64,000 nucleotides of DNA, taken from an uncultured Gemmatimonadaceae bacterium (GTDB lineage: Bacteria > Gemmatimonadota > Gemmatimonadetes > Gemmatimonadales > Gemmatimonadaceae). Under the pieces are notes generated by a model that saw only the letters and a list, made by a program, of their open reading frames with translations, was not told the DNA's origin and searched no databases. Both the position numbers and the translations under genes were made by a program. The stretch is from NCBI GenBank assembly GCA_963822945.1, contig CAWGJO010000020.1, positions 256,001-320,000 on the forward strand. The letters run 5' to 3'. This document shows, one piece after another, positions 1-9,984 of this stretch; position 1 is the first letter of the stretch; every line of letters begins with the position of its first letter.

Positions 1-780
1 CGCGACCTGCTGGAAAGCGAGATGTTCGGACACGAGAAGGGCGCGTTCACGGGGGCGTCGGAGCGGCGCATCGGACGGTTCGAACTCGCACACACGGGCA
101 CGCTGCTGCTCGACGAGGTGGGCGATCTGGGCCAGGAGGCGCAGGCCAAGCTGCTGCGGGCGATCGAGGCCAAGGAGATCGAGCGCGTGGGAGGCGGCAA
201 GCCGATTCGCGTGGACGTCCGCATTCTCGCCGCGACGAACAAGGATCTCGCGCGCGCCGTGGCCGAGGGCAGTTTCCGGGAGGATCTGCTGTTCCGGCTC
301 AACGTGATTCCGCTGCACGTGCCGCCGCTGCGGGAGCGTCCCGACGACATCCCCGCTCTCGTCGAGCACTTCTCGCGCCTGCACGCATCGCGCACCGGCC
401 ACCCGGCGCCCCGCTGGACCGACGACGCGATTGCACTGCTCACCCGCTACCGCTGGCCCGGCAACGTCCGTGAGTTGGCGAACGTGGTGGAGCGGCTGGC
501 GATCCTGCACGCCGGCGGCGAGGTGACGGCCGCTCAGGTACGCGACGTCGTGACGATCCGCCAGGGCGACGGCGAGGCGGCACCGCCCACCCTGCCCGAT
601 CCGTCGCGGCTCACGCAGTCGCTGAGCGATACGCTGGACGACTACGAGCGAACGCTGATCTCGCGGGCACTCTCGATGGCCGGCGGGAACGTGGCCGAGG
701 CCGCCCGGCGGCTGCAGACCGACCGACCGAACCTCTACCGCCGGATGCGCCGCCTGGGAATCGGCAATGGGGGCGAATGA
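1..780 (+). CDS. Sigma-54-dependent transcriptional activator (NtrC/Fis family), 5'-truncated by window edge
   Basis: ESEMFGHEKGAFTGA motif, Walker B LLLDEV, FREDLLFRLNV, WPGNVRELAN, C-terminal Fis-type HTH (GNVAEAARRLQTDRPNLYRRM). Confidence 0.95.
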   Translation, partial: RDLLESEMFGHEKGAFTGASERRIGRFELAHTGTLLLDEVGDLGQEAQAKLLRAIEAKEIERVGGGKPIRVDVRILAATNKDLARAVAEGSFREDLLFRLNVIPLHVPPLRERPDDIPALVEHFSRLHASRTGHPAPRWTDDAIALLTRYRWPGNVRELANVVERLAILHAGGEVTAAQVRDVVTIRQGDGEAAPPTLPDPSRLTQSLSDTLDDYERTLISRALSMAGGNVAEAARRLQTDRPNLYRRMRRLGIGNGGE

Positions 781-943
781 GGTCGAAGCGACACACCCCG
801 ACTGCCGCGGTCCGGGGACACCGGCCGGTGGCGTGCGCCACCGCGGCGGCCGGTAAGTGCTTCCGGGGGGACCGGTTGCCCCCGCGCGGCAGCTCCGGCA
901 CGGGGGGTGCGTTTCGCGAGGTCGACCTACGACATTGAGAGGT

Positions 944-2656
944 ATGCTCATGCGACGTTTCGCCTTCGCGTTCGCCCTACTCGCCGTCCCCGTCGCGGCC
1001 GTCGCGCAGCAGCGCGACACGACGCTCCACCCACGAGCGCTTCCGCGAGACGTGGTCCGCGAAGCCGTCCGGCTGTTCAACGCCCCGGGCACTCTTCGCG
1101 CGACGGGCGCGCTCGACGTCGGCGCCGGCCGGATGATCGACGGGGACGTGGCGGTGCTCGATGGGCCGCTCACGATCGCCGGCCACGTGACGGGCACCGT
1201 GCTCGCGGTCAACGGCGACGTGATGCTGCAGCCGACGGCGCGCCTGGATGGCGACCTGCTGGTGGTGGGCGGCACGGTGCGCGGCCAGAACCGCGCCTAT
1301 GTCGGCGGGGAGATCCGGATTTACCGCGACCCGCTGCGGTACACGCAGCAGGGCGACCGGATCTCGGCCGACGACGAGGAGGCGGGCGGCGACGCGTGGT
1401 GGCGGCGCTTCGAGCCGCACCACAACGAGAGCGGAAGCAAGATTCAGGTGGCGAGTGCCGGCGCGTACAACCGTGTCGAAGGGCTCCCGATCAACCTCGG
1501 CCCGCAGATCTTCCGCGACTTCAACGGCGGAAGCGCCCGCCTGGACGCCTACGCCGTGTTGCGGACCGCCAGCAGCTTCCGCGCCAGCGACAACGACGTC
1601 GGCAACAACCTGCACGGTGAGGTCCGCTGGGGCACCGGGCACGGCATCCTCATCGGCGCCGGGGCATACGATCTCGTTTCACCCGTCGAATCGTGGCAGT
1701 TGAGCAGCCTCGAATCGGGCCTCGCGGCCGCGCTCTTCCGGCGCGACTACCGCGACTACTTCCGGCGGCACGGTGGCGCCGTCGAAGCCGGCCTGTTCAG
1801 GGGCGACAAGACCACCTTTACGATTTCGTATGCCGACGAGCACTGGTCGCCGAGAGTCGACCGCAACGCCTGGACCCTGTTCCGCTCCAACACGCCGTGG
1901 CGGCCCAACCCCACGCTGGACGATGCGCATTTCCACCTGCTGAATGCGACGCTGCAGATCGACACCCGGAGCGATGCGGAGAACCCGTGGGCCGGATGGT
2001 ACGTCCTCGCCGATCTCGAACACGGCAGCGGCCGATACACCGCCCTCGGGCCGACGAGCCTTCCCCGCACCTTCCCCGTCGGCCGGCCGTCCCGCTACGA
2101 CCGCGGCTTCATCGACCTCCGACGCTACAACCGCGTGTCGCGGAACGCGCAGATCAACCTGCGCCTGGTGGCCGGCGGCTGGCTGAGCGGCGATCCGCTT
2201 CCGCTGGAGCGACGGCTGTCGGTGGACGGCTACGGAGCCCTGCCGGGATTCGGATTCCGCAGCCAGAGCGGAGGCGGGGATGTGGGGACTTGCACGACGG
2301 GCTTCGCGCCGCCGGGCTACCCGGCGCAATGCGACCGTGTGGCGCTGGCGCAGGCCGAGTACCGCAGCGACCTGCACGTGCACCTGTTCGACTGGGACGA
2401 CGACGACTGGGTGCGCCCGCACCTCAATGCCGACGGCGCGTGGGTGCTCTTCCTCGACGCGGGCCGGGGATGGATGGTCGGGAATTCAGCCGCCCCGATG
2501 ACGTACGGCAGCGGGTCGCTCCCGTCGTTCTCCTCGTTCCGCACCGACATCGGCTTCGGCCTGGACTTCAATTCGGTCGGCGTGTACCTGGCCAAGGCGC
2601 TTTCGGCGGCGGGCCAGCCGGCGCGCGTGTTCATCCGCCTTCAGCACCGCTTCTAG
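944..2656 (+). CDS. Outer-membrane beta-barrel protein (Omp85-like C-terminus) with N-terminal Gly/Val-rich beta-solenoid region
   Basis: Signal peptide MRRFAFAFALLAVPVAAVA; repeats GDVAVLDG/GTVLAVNGDV/GDLLVVGGTV; LPLERRLSVDGYGALPGF resembles the Omp85 loop-6 region; C-terminal Phe (LQHRF). Start at 944 or 950. Confidence 0.7.
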   Translation: MLMRRFAFAFALLAVPVAAVAQQRDTTLHPRALPRDVVREAVRLFNAPGTLRATGALDVGAGRMIDGDVAVLDGPLTIAGHVTGTVLAVNGDVMLQPTARLDGDLLVVGGTVRGQNRAYVGGEIRIYRDPLRYTQQGDRISADDEEAGGDAWWRRFEPHHNESGSKIQVASAGAYNRVEGLPINLGPQIFRDFNGGSARLDAYAVLRTASSFRASDNDVGNNLHGEVRWGTGHGILIGAGAYDLVSPVESWQLSSLESGLAAALFRRDYRDYFRRHGGAVEAGLFRGDKTTFTISYADEHWSPRVDRNAWTLFRSNTPWRPNPTLDDAHFHLLNATLQIDTRSDAENPWAGWYVLADLEHGSGRYTALGPTSLPRTFPVGRPSRYDRGFIDLRRYNRVSRNAQINLRLVAGGWLSGDPLPLERRLSVDGYGALPGFGFRSQSGGGDVGTCTTGFAPPGYPAQCDRVALAQAEYRSDLHVHLFDWDDDDWVRPHLNADGAWVLFLDAGRGWMVGNSAAPMTYGSGSLPSFSSFRTDIGFGLDFNSVGVYLAKALSAAGQPARVFIRLQHRF

Positions 2657-2659
2657 CCC

Positions 2660-3319
2660 GTGCGTGCTTACCGATGGATTCTCCTCGTGCTCCTGCTGCT
2701 GGCCCCGCCGGCGGTGGCATCGGCGCAGAAGGATCCCTCGGTCCACGTGGACCTGGCGCGCGACCGCTCGGGCGCGGAAGGACCCGTCGTGACGGTGGCG
2801 CACGTGCTCGACGACCCGCAGATCCAGGACCTTTTGCGACACGGGTTCCAGGTCGCCATGCACTTTCGCCTCGAACTCTGGCGCACCGGCGGGGTGTTCA
2901 ATGATCTGGAGCGCACCACGCGATGGGACGTGCGGGTGGTGTACAATCCCGACCCGTATGCGAAGGCCTACCACATCGTGCGACAGCACGGCAACCAGAT
3001 CGAGGACTTCGGCTCCGTGCCCACGCTCGACTCGGCGCAGGCGCTGCTGGCCCGGCCGTATCACGTGCGTCTCACACCGGCTCACGCACACGCGCGGTAC
3101 TACTACAACGTCGTGCTCGACGTGGAGTCGCTGAGCGCCAGCGATCTGAGCGAACTCCAGCGCTGGCTCAACGGCGATCTGCAACCGGCGGTGCGCGGGC
3201 GGACGAACCCGCTGTCGGCGCTCAGGAACGGCATCGGCCGGCTGCTCTCGCGTGTGCTGGGCGGGGCCAAGCGGAGCTACGAAGCGACTTCGCCGACCTT
3301 CGTCGCCGGCAGTCCGTAG
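2660..3319 (+). CDS. Exported protein, DUF4390-like
   Basis: Signal peptide; LLRHGFQVAMHFRLELWR...VVYNP pattern resembles DUF4390; starts 3 nt after upstream stop. Confidence 0.6.
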   Translation: MRAYRWILLVLLLLAPPAVASAQKDPSVHVDLARDRSGAEGPVVTVAHVLDDPQIQDLLRHGFQVAMHFRLELWRTGGVFNDLERTTRWDVRVVYNPDPYAKAYHIVRQHGNQIEDFGSVPTLDSAQALLARPYHVRLTPAHAHARYYYNVVLDVESLSASDLSELQRWLNGDLQPAVRGRTNPLSALRNGIGRLLSRVLGGAKRSYEATSPTFVAGSP

Positions 3320-3349
3320 CCACGCCGCGACGCGGGGCCGGCCCGGAGT

Positions 3350-3928
3350 TCAGGCCTGGACCGTGCGGTGTTCCAGCCGTTCCAGTTGATGCAGCACCGA
3401 GTCGCCGTAGAACGTGCGGATATAGTGCGCCTGGATCGGGGTCAGCTTGCGCACGGCCCAGCTCAGGTGCACGAAGTGCGGCTCCACGGGGTGCGTGAGC
3501 GGATGCATTCCGATCTCTTCCGGCATCCGGTTGCCCTTGCGCGTATTGCACGAACTGCAGGCCGCCACGACGTTCGTCCAGTCGTTTCCGCCGCCGCGCG
3601 ACAGCGGGATCAGATGGTCGCGCGTGAGCGATTCCCGAGGTTTCAACTCGGTGAGATGGCGACCGCAGTACTGGCACTTGTAGTGGTCGCGCGCGAACAG
3701 GAACGTGTTGGTTACCTGGCGGCGGAACCGGCGCGGAACGTGGATGAACTTGGTCAACCGGATGACCACCGGGCGTGGCATGGTCAGCCGCTCGGACCGC
3801 ACCACGCGGCCGTGCTCCGCTTCGACGATTTCCGCCTTGCCGTCGATCACCAACCGCAGGGCCCGCTTCAGCGGAACCATGGTGAGCGGTTCGAACGAGG
3901 CATTCAGCGCCAGGCAGCCAACGATCAC
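3350..3928 (-). CDS. HNH endonuclease (McrA/COG1403-like) with N-terminal PLMP-like segment
   Basis: CQYCG...LTRDHLIPLSRGG...NVVAACSSCNTRKG HNH motif with Zn-binding Cys pairs; GGGAGG SD upstream of GTG. Confidence 0.9.
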   Translation of the reverse strand: MIVGCLALNASFEPLTMVPLKRALRLVIDGKAEIVEAEHGRVVRSERLTMPRPVVIRLTKFIHVPRRFRRQVTNTFLFARDHYKCQYCGRHLTELKPRESLTRDHLIPLSRGGGNDWTNVVAACSSCNTRKGNRMPEEIGMHPLTHPVEPHFVHLSWAVRKLTPIQAHYIRTFYGDSVLHQLERLEHRTVQA

Positions 3929-3977
3929 ACGCGCCTCCCGACGTTGTGGGAGACCGCGGCCCGGCGCGGGCGACTAC

Positions 3978-4943
3978 TCATTGGTCGATCCCGGCAACGG
4001 CCGGTTCCCGTGCCGGCACCATGGTGAGCCACCCGTGGGTGTCGGGAATGCGCCCGCGCACCGTATCCAGGTAGAGTTGCTGGAGCCGCTCGGTGATCGG
4101 GCCGCGCTTGCCGTCACCCACCGGCATCCGGTCGACGCTCCGGATGGGTGTGACCTCGACCGCCGTTCCGCAGAAGAACAGTTCATCCACCACATACAGG
4201 AACTCGCGCGGCAGCAGCTGCTCGCGAACCTCGATGCCGAGTTCCCTCGCGAAGGTCAGGATCGCGTCGCGCGTGATGCCCGGCAGGATGGCGGCGCCGA
4301 GGGGGGCGGTGTAGAGCACGCCGTCGCGCACCGCGAACAGGTTCTCGCCGCTGCCCTCGGACACGAACCCGAACGAATCGAGCATGATCCCTTCGGAATA
4401 CTCATCGGCCTTGGCTTCCATCTTGGCGAGCTGCGAATTCAGGTAGTTGCCGCCGGCTTTGGCCATGGTGGGGAAGGTGTCGGGCGCCGCGCGCCGCCAG
4501 CTCGAAACACGGACGTCGACGCCGTTCTTCAATCCGTCGTCGCCGAGATAGGCGCCCCACTTCCAGGCGATCATGAACACTTCGGTACGGGCCGAATTCC
4601 CCATCACACCCATCTGTTCACCGGTGCGGATGACCACCGGGCGGAAGTAGCATTCCTCGAGATCGTTGGCGGCGATCGTCTCCAGACAGGCCTGCACCAA
4701 GTCGTCCACCGAATACTCGATCGGAATCCGGTAGATCTTGCAGGAGTCGAGGAGCCGGCGCATATGCTCGGGGGCGCGGAAAACGGCGCCGCCGTTGGGC
4801 GTGGCATAGGCGCGCATCCCTTCGAACACGCTCGACCCATAGTGCACCACGTGACTGATCACGTGGATCTTGGCGTCGTCCCAGTTCACGAGTTGACCGT
4901 CGCGCCAGATCTTCGTGGTACGGCCGGTCGGGGCCTGACTCAT
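3978..4943 (-). CDS. ilvE: Branched-chain amino acid aminotransferase (class IV)
   Basis: HYGSSVFEGMRAY, AKAGGNY (PLP Lys), EGSGENLF, ILPGITR, FFCGTAVEVTP; AAGGAG SD. Confidence 0.95.
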   Translation of the reverse strand: MSQAPTGRTTKIWRDGQLVNWDDAKIHVISHVVHYGSSVFEGMRAYATPNGGAVFRAPEHMRRLLDSCKIYRIPIEYSVDDLVQACLETIAANDLEECYFRPVVIRTGEQMGVMGNSARTEVFMIAWKWGAYLGDDGLKNGVDVRVSSWRRAAPDTFPTMAKAGGNYLNSQLAKMEAKADEYSEGIMLDSFGFVSEGSGENLFAVRDGVLYTAPLGAAILPGITRDAILTFARELGIEVREQLLPREFLYVVDELFFCGTAVEVTPIRSVDRMPVGDGKRGPITERLQQLYLDTVRGRIPDTHGWLTMVPAREPAVAGIDQ

Positions 4944-5018
4944 GACGGTACTCCTTGAGGCGTGAGTGCTTTCTATGATAAGCAGTAGGCCACGCCAGCC
5001 GCTAGCGGAATTCCCCCG

Positions 5019-6356
5019 CTAGGGGCGATCGGCCAACCACCGTTGCAGGGCGTCGGCCACCCGCTGCACGCGGGCCGGAAGCCCCGGATCGCGGTCCACG
5101 ATTACGCCGTCTCGAACGCGTACCGTTCCTGCCACGGTCACCAGGGACGCCGGCACGGCGTTCAGCGTGAACACCACGGCGCTCTCGACGTCGTGCACGG
5201 GGCCCAGGCGGTCGTCGAGCGGGAACGCCGCGAGGTCGGCCGACTTCCCGACTTCGAGCGACCCCACCTCGGCCTCCAGACCCAGCGCACGGGCGCCCTC
5301 GATGGTGGCCAGGCGCAGCGCCCGCGCGGCCGGCACCGCATCGGGGCGCTGGACCCGGGAGCGCTGCTGGAGCACGGCCAGGCAGGCCTCGCCCAGGATG
5401 CTCATCCGATTGCTGCTGGCCACCGAGTCGGACCCCAAGCCCACGGGAATCCCGGCCTCGAGAAACGCCGTGAGCGGCGCCACCCCATGCCCGAGCTTGG
5501 CATTCGAGCCTGGGCAGTGGGCCACGGCGCATCCCGTGGCGCTGATCGCGTGCACGTCCACGGCGGTGGCGCGCACACAGTGAATGAGCAGGGGTTGCGC
5601 GTCGAGCACCCGGAGCCCGCGCAGCAGTTGAATGGGCGTGCGCGCGCGCGGCTCCACCCGGATGCCGCGCTTGAGGAGCGCGTCGGCGAACGGGCCGCGC
5701 GCTTCGACCACCAGCCGCTGTTCCGCATCACTCTCGGCGATATGGATCGCGATCGGGAGCCGCGCCTGGATCGCGTAGCGCGCCGTGGCCGCGAACAGCC
5801 GGTCGCTCACCGTGTAGGGCGCGTGCGGCGACACGCCCACCCGCACGAGCGAGGTCTCGCGCGCCCGGAGTGCGGCGACTTTCGCCTTCAGGGCAACGAG
5901 CGACTCGTCGCACGTGGCGGGCGCCGGACCGAAGACCTCCTGGTACATGATCCCCCGCACACCGCGCTCGAGCATGGCATCGAAGGCGACTCCCGAATCG
6001 CACGTATCGGCGTACGTCGTGATGCCGGCCGCCAGCCCCTCGTCCACACCCAGGCGCGCGGAATCGAGCAGCATGTCCGGCGTCATCACTTCCTGGCGCG
6101 CGGCGACGAGGCGGCGGATCCAGGCGTGGAATTCGAGGTCCTCGAGGAAGCCGCGCATCGCCGTGAGTTCGAGATGCGTGTGTGCGTTCACGAGCCCCGG
6201 CATCAGCACGGCAGCGCCGAGTTCCACATCCTCGCCCGCCGGCGCACGGTCGCGGGGCCCTACATACGCGATGCGGTCGTGGGCCACCGCCACGGTGCCG
6301 CGGTGAATCGCCGGCGCGGTGATCGGCAGGACCCAGTCCGCGTGGTACCGGATCAC
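5019..6356 (-). CDS. Metal-dependent amidohydrolase (MTA/SAH deaminase-like)
   Basis: PGLVNAHTHLE metal motif, SPHAPYT, HIAES, HCPGSNAKLG, GLGSDS, GSLEVGKSADL. Confidence 0.9.
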   Translation of the reverse strand: MIRYHADWVLPITAPAIHRGTVAVAHDRIAYVGPRDRAPAGEDVELGAAVLMPGLVNAHTHLELTAMRGFLEDLEFHAWIRRLVAARQEVMTPDMLLDSARLGVDEGLAAGITTYADTCDSGVAFDAMLERGVRGIMYQEVFGPAPATCDESLVALKAKVAALRARETSLVRVGVSPHAPYTVSDRLFAATARYAIQARLPIAIHIAESDAEQRLVVEARGPFADALLKRGIRVEPRARTPIQLLRGLRVLDAQPLLIHCVRATAVDVHAISATGCAVAHCPGSNAKLGHGVAPLTAFLEAGIPVGLGSDSVASSNRMSILGEACLAVLQQRSRVQRPDAVPAARALRLATIEGARALGLEAEVGSLEVGKSADLAAFPLDDRLGPVHDVESAVVFTLNAVPASLVTVAGTVRVRDGVIVDRDPGLPARVQRVADALQRWLADRP

Positions 6357-8599
6357 CTCGGCGCGCCTGTCCCCGTCGAGTCCACGCGAGCCCCGCGCCC
6401 TGAACCCCCGCCGCCCTTCTTGGGGGGCGGGATATAGAACGGACTCGTGGTATCGGGGATGCGCTTGGGCACGAGAACAGCCGGGGTCGTGTCGGGTTTG
6501 AGCACGATGCCGTGAGCCGTATGCACGTCGCAGGGCTGCGTGGGCTCCGTGCCGGCGATGTACACCTCGGTCATCACATCGGCCGCGGGGCAGTACGGAT
6601 TCCGCAGCATGTTGGTGGTGAAGTCGATGTCACGGGAGACGATGCCCTCGGGACGCGGCCAATCGGGCGGCGCCGGTTTCCGACGATACACCTCGGTCAT
6701 GAACGACGTCCAGGCCGGTGCCGCCAGGAGTCCGCCCTGGGCATTGGCCTTGATCTTGGCGGGCTTGTCGAGGCCGATCCAGACGCCCGCCACGAGATCC
6801 GCCGTGTAGCCGATGAACCACACGTCGGCGCCGTCATTCGTGGTCCCCGTCTTGCCGCCGGCCGGCAGGTGGAAGTACTGCCCCACCGATCCACGCGCCG
6901 ATCCCCTGGTAATCACGTCCTTCATCATGTCCACCATGAGCCACGCCTGCTGCGGCGTGAGAATCGTGCTCAGCTTCGGGTTCTGCTGCCAGAGCACCTT
7001 CCCGTCGGCGCTCTCCACGCGGGTGATTCCGATGGGGGAAGCCCGCGTGCCGAGGGTGGCGAAGGTGGAATAGGCGGAGATCAGTTCGATGGGGTACACG
7101 TCGGCGGCGCCGATGTGGATGGACGGATAGGGCGGGATCGGCGTGGTGATGCCGAACCGGCGCGCCTCGTCGATCACGTTCTGCTCGCCGAGCTGCATCC
7201 CCATGCGGATGGCCGGCACGTTGCGCGACTGGTAGAAGGCGCGGCGCAGGGTCATGCGGCCCTCGAACTTCAGGTCGAAGTTCTGCGGGGTCCAGTCGGT
7301 GCCGTCGATCTGCGGCACCGCCAGCGGCTCGTCGTCGAGGAGGTACGAGGGCGGATAGCCGGCCTGGATCGCCGTGGAGTAGAGGATCGGCTTGAAGGTG
7401 GATCCCGGCTGCCGCAGCGCCTGGGTGGCGCGGTTGAATTTGGAGTCGTCGAAGTCGCGGCCGCCGACCATGGCGAGCACGGCGCCGGTGCGCGGGTCCA
7501 TGGCCACGAACGCGCCCTGCAGGTAGGGCGAGTTGTCGTCGGCGCGGGTCTGCCCTTCGTTGGCCTGGGCCAGGTACTGCTCCAACGTGGGGTGGTGGTA
7601 CGGGCCGTACTTCCCGGCCTCGATGGCCTCAATCTGCGTTTCGAGCGCGCGCTCGGCGGCCGACTGCAGGTCGGGGTCGAGCGTGGTGTAGATCTTGAGG
7701 CCCTGCTGGTACAATCGCTGCCCGAACCGGGCGTCGAGCTGCTGGCGGATCCACTCGATGAAGTACGGCGCCACGTCGCCAGACTCGGAGCGGCCGGCGA
7801 GCTGCAGCGGATAGGCTTTGGCGAGACTCGCGTCGGCGTTGCTGACCAGTCCGTCCTTGCGCATCAACTCGATGATCGTGTTCCGGCGCTGGACGGCGCG
7901 GTCGGGAAACCGGCGCGGGTCGTAGCGGCTGGGCGCCTTTGGCAGTGCGGCCAGCGTGGCCGCTTCGGCCAGGTTGAGATCGCGCACCGACTTGCCGAAG
8001 TAGCGCTGCGACGCCGTCTCCACTCCGTGCGCCCCATTGCCCAGATAGATCTGGTTCAGGTACAGCTCGAGAATCCGGTCCTTGGAATACCGCCGCTCGA
8101 TGGCCAGCGCCACCTTGGCTTCCTTGAGCTTTCGCACCAGCGACTTCTCCCGCGAGATGCGCTGGGGAAACACGTTGCGCGCCAACTGCATCGTGATCGT
8201 CGAGAATCCCTGCGCGTAGCCTCCGCTGCGCAGGTTGCGCAATCCGGCGCCGAACACGCGGATGAAATCGATCCCGTGGTGCGAGTAGAAGCGCTTGTCT
8301 TCGGTGGCGAGGAAGGCGTCGCGCACCACCGGCGGAATGTCGGCCAGCGCGATCAGCGTGCGCCGCTCCATGCCCAGCTCGGTGATGAACCGGCCGTCGG
8401 CGGCGTAGACCTTGGAGGTCTGGCGTGGCGTGTAGGCTTCGAGCACACCGACCGATGGACAGCGCCCGGCGCTGCAGACCAGCGTCCAGCTCGACACGGC
8501 CACGCCGGCGCCGAAGAACACGACGAAGGCGCCGGCGACGTAGGTCCAGCGCATGATCTCGGGATGCCGCTTGCGGAAGCGGTACAGGGGAAGTCGCAC
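6353..8599 (-). CDS. Class A penicillin-binding protein (PBP1A family)
   Basis: Transglycosylase EDKRFYSHHG and GFSTITMQLARN; transpeptidase STFK, SRN, KTGT; N-terminal TM. GTG 8599 preferred because TAGCTT lies 10 nt upstream (ORF track starts at 8656). Confidence 0.93.
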   Translation of the reverse strand: MRLPLYRFRKRHPEIMRWTYVAGAFVVFFGAGVAVSSWTLVCSAGRCPSVGVLEAYTPRQTSKVYAADGRFITELGMERRTLIALADIPPVVRDAFLATEDKRFYSHHGIDFIRVFGAGLRNLRSGGYAQGFSTITMQLARNVFPQRISREKSLVRKLKEAKVALAIERRYSKDRILELYLNQIYLGNGAHGVETASQRYFGKSVRDLNLAEAATLAALPKAPSRYDPRRFPDRAVQRRNTIIELMRKDGLVSNADASLAKAYPLQLAGRSESGDVAPYFIEWIRQQLDARFGQRLYQQGLKIYTTLDPDLQSAAERALETQIEAIEAGKYGPYHHPTLEQYLAQANEGQTRADDNSPYLQGAFVAMDPRTGAVLAMVGGRDFDDSKFNRATQALRQPGSTFKPILYSTAIQAGYPPSYLLDDEPLAVPQIDGTDWTPQNFDLKFEGRMTLRRAFYQSRNVPAIRMGMQLGEQNVIDEARRFGITTPIPPYPSIHIGAADVYPIELISAYSTFATLGTRASPIGITRVESADGKVLWQQNPKLSTILTPQQAWLMVDMMKDVITRGSARGSVGQYFHLPAGGKTGTTNDGADVWFIGYTADLVAGVWIGLDKPAKIKANAQGGLLAAPAWTSFMTEVYRRKPAPPDWPRPEGIVSRDIDFTTNMLRNPYCPAADVMTEVYIAGTEPTQPCDVHTAHGIVLKPDTTPAVLVPKRIPDTTSPFYIPPPKKGGGGSGRGARVDSTGTGAPR

Positions 8600-8685
8600 G
8601 ATGGGGTAGAAGCTAATGGCCGCCGCCGACATGCACCAACGCACGGCCTGTGACATTCCCTCAGGCCGCCCCTATTATTCGTGCC

Positions 8686-9981
8686 ATGCTTTCCCACCCC
8701 CTGCTCGACGAACTCCACTGGCGCGGGCTCGTCTACCAGCATACCGACGGGCTTGCCGACGCACTCAACGCCGGCCCCGTCTCGGGCTATGCGGGGTTCG
8801 ACCCCACGGCGCCCAGCCTCCACGTGGGTAACCTGATCCCCGTCATGGGCCTGATGCACCTGCAGCGCCACGGCCACCGGCCCGTGGTGCTGGTGGGCGG
8901 GGGCACGGGACTGATCGGCGATCCCAGCGGCCGGTCCACCGAGCGCGCGCTCGCGTCGCGCGAGGTGGTGACGGCCAACGCCAACGCCATTCTGGGCCAG
9001 CTCGAGCGTTTCATGGACTTCGACGGTCCGCATGGCGCGATCATGCGCGACAACGCCGACTGGCTCACCAAACTCGGCGCCATCGAGTTCATGCGGGACG
9101 TGGGCAAGCACTTCACGGTGAACTACATGCTGCAGAAGGAGTCGGTGAAGACGCGGCTCGAGGGCGGGATCTCGTACACCGAGTTCTCGTACATGCTCCT
9201 GCAGGCGTACGACTTCCTCGAACTCTGGCGGCGCGACGGGGTGACGCTCCAGCTCGGCGGCAGCGACCAGTGGGGCAACATCACCGCGGGCATCGAACTC
9301 ATCCACCGCGCCGAGGGAACGGACGCGCAGGGGCACGCGCTCACGCTGCCGCTGGTCACCACGGCGAGCGGCGCCAAGTTCGGCAAGAGCGAGGCCGGAG
9401 CCGTGTGGCTCGATGCCGAACTCACCTCGCCCTACCGGTTCTACCAGTACTGGATCAACACCGACGACCGGGACGTGAGCCGGTACCTGCGCTTCTTCAC
9501 GCTCCTGTCGCGCGACGACATTCTGGGTCTCGACCGGGCAACGGCCGAGCACCCCGAACAGCGCGAGTCGCAGCGGGCGCTGGCCCGGGAGATGACGCGG
9601 CGCCTGCACGGCGACGACGCGCTACTCGCCGCCGAGGAGGTGTCGGGCTTCTATTTCGGGGGCCTGGAGCCGTCGGCGCTGTCGGTCCAGGCGCTGGAGC
9701 AGCTGCGCCGCGAGACCCCGTTCGCGGAGGTCCGGGAGCCCGACGTTCGCGGCGAGGCGGCGGGACAGCTGGACGTGCTCAAGCTGATGACGGCGGCCGG
9801 CATGGCGAAGTCGAACGGCGCCGCCAGGCGCCTGCTCGAGCAGGGGGGCGTCTCGGTGAACAAGCGCAAGCTGGCGGCGTCGGAGCGATACGTCGAAAGC
9901 GCAGCGGTGTTCCTGGCCGGACGGTACGTGATCCTCGGCAAGGGCAAACGGGAGTACGCGCTGGTGCACGTCACCGGCTGA
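8686..9981 (+). CDS. tyrS: Tyrosine--tRNA ligase
   Basis: GFDPTAPSLHVGN (HIGH-like), QLGGSDQWGNI, KFGKS (KMSKS-like), C-terminal S4-like domain. Confidence 0.97.
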   Translation: MLSHPLLDELHWRGLVYQHTDGLADALNAGPVSGYAGFDPTAPSLHVGNLIPVMGLMHLQRHGHRPVVLVGGGTGLIGDPSGRSTERALASREVVTANANAILGQLERFMDFDGPHGAIMRDNADWLTKLGAIEFMRDVGKHFTVNYMLQKESVKTRLEGGISYTEFSYMLLQAYDFLELWRRDGVTLQLGGSDQWGNITAGIELIHRAEGTDAQGHALTLPLVTTASGAKFGKSEAGAVWLDAELTSPYRFYQYWINTDDRDVSRYLRFFTLLSRDDILGLDRATAEHPEQRESQRALAREMTRRLHGDDALLAAEEVSGFYFGGLEPSALSVQALEQLRRETPFAEVREPDVRGEAAGQLDVLKLMTAAGMAKSNGAARRLLEQGGVSVNKRKLAASERYVESAAVFLAGRYVILGKGKREYALVHVTG

Positions 9982-9984
9982 CGG

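Noticed and set aside
3350..3928. Cas9, IscB or an active mobile element
   Set aside because: Only 192 aa, no RuvC motifs, no array, transposase, element ends or space for an adjacent guide RNA
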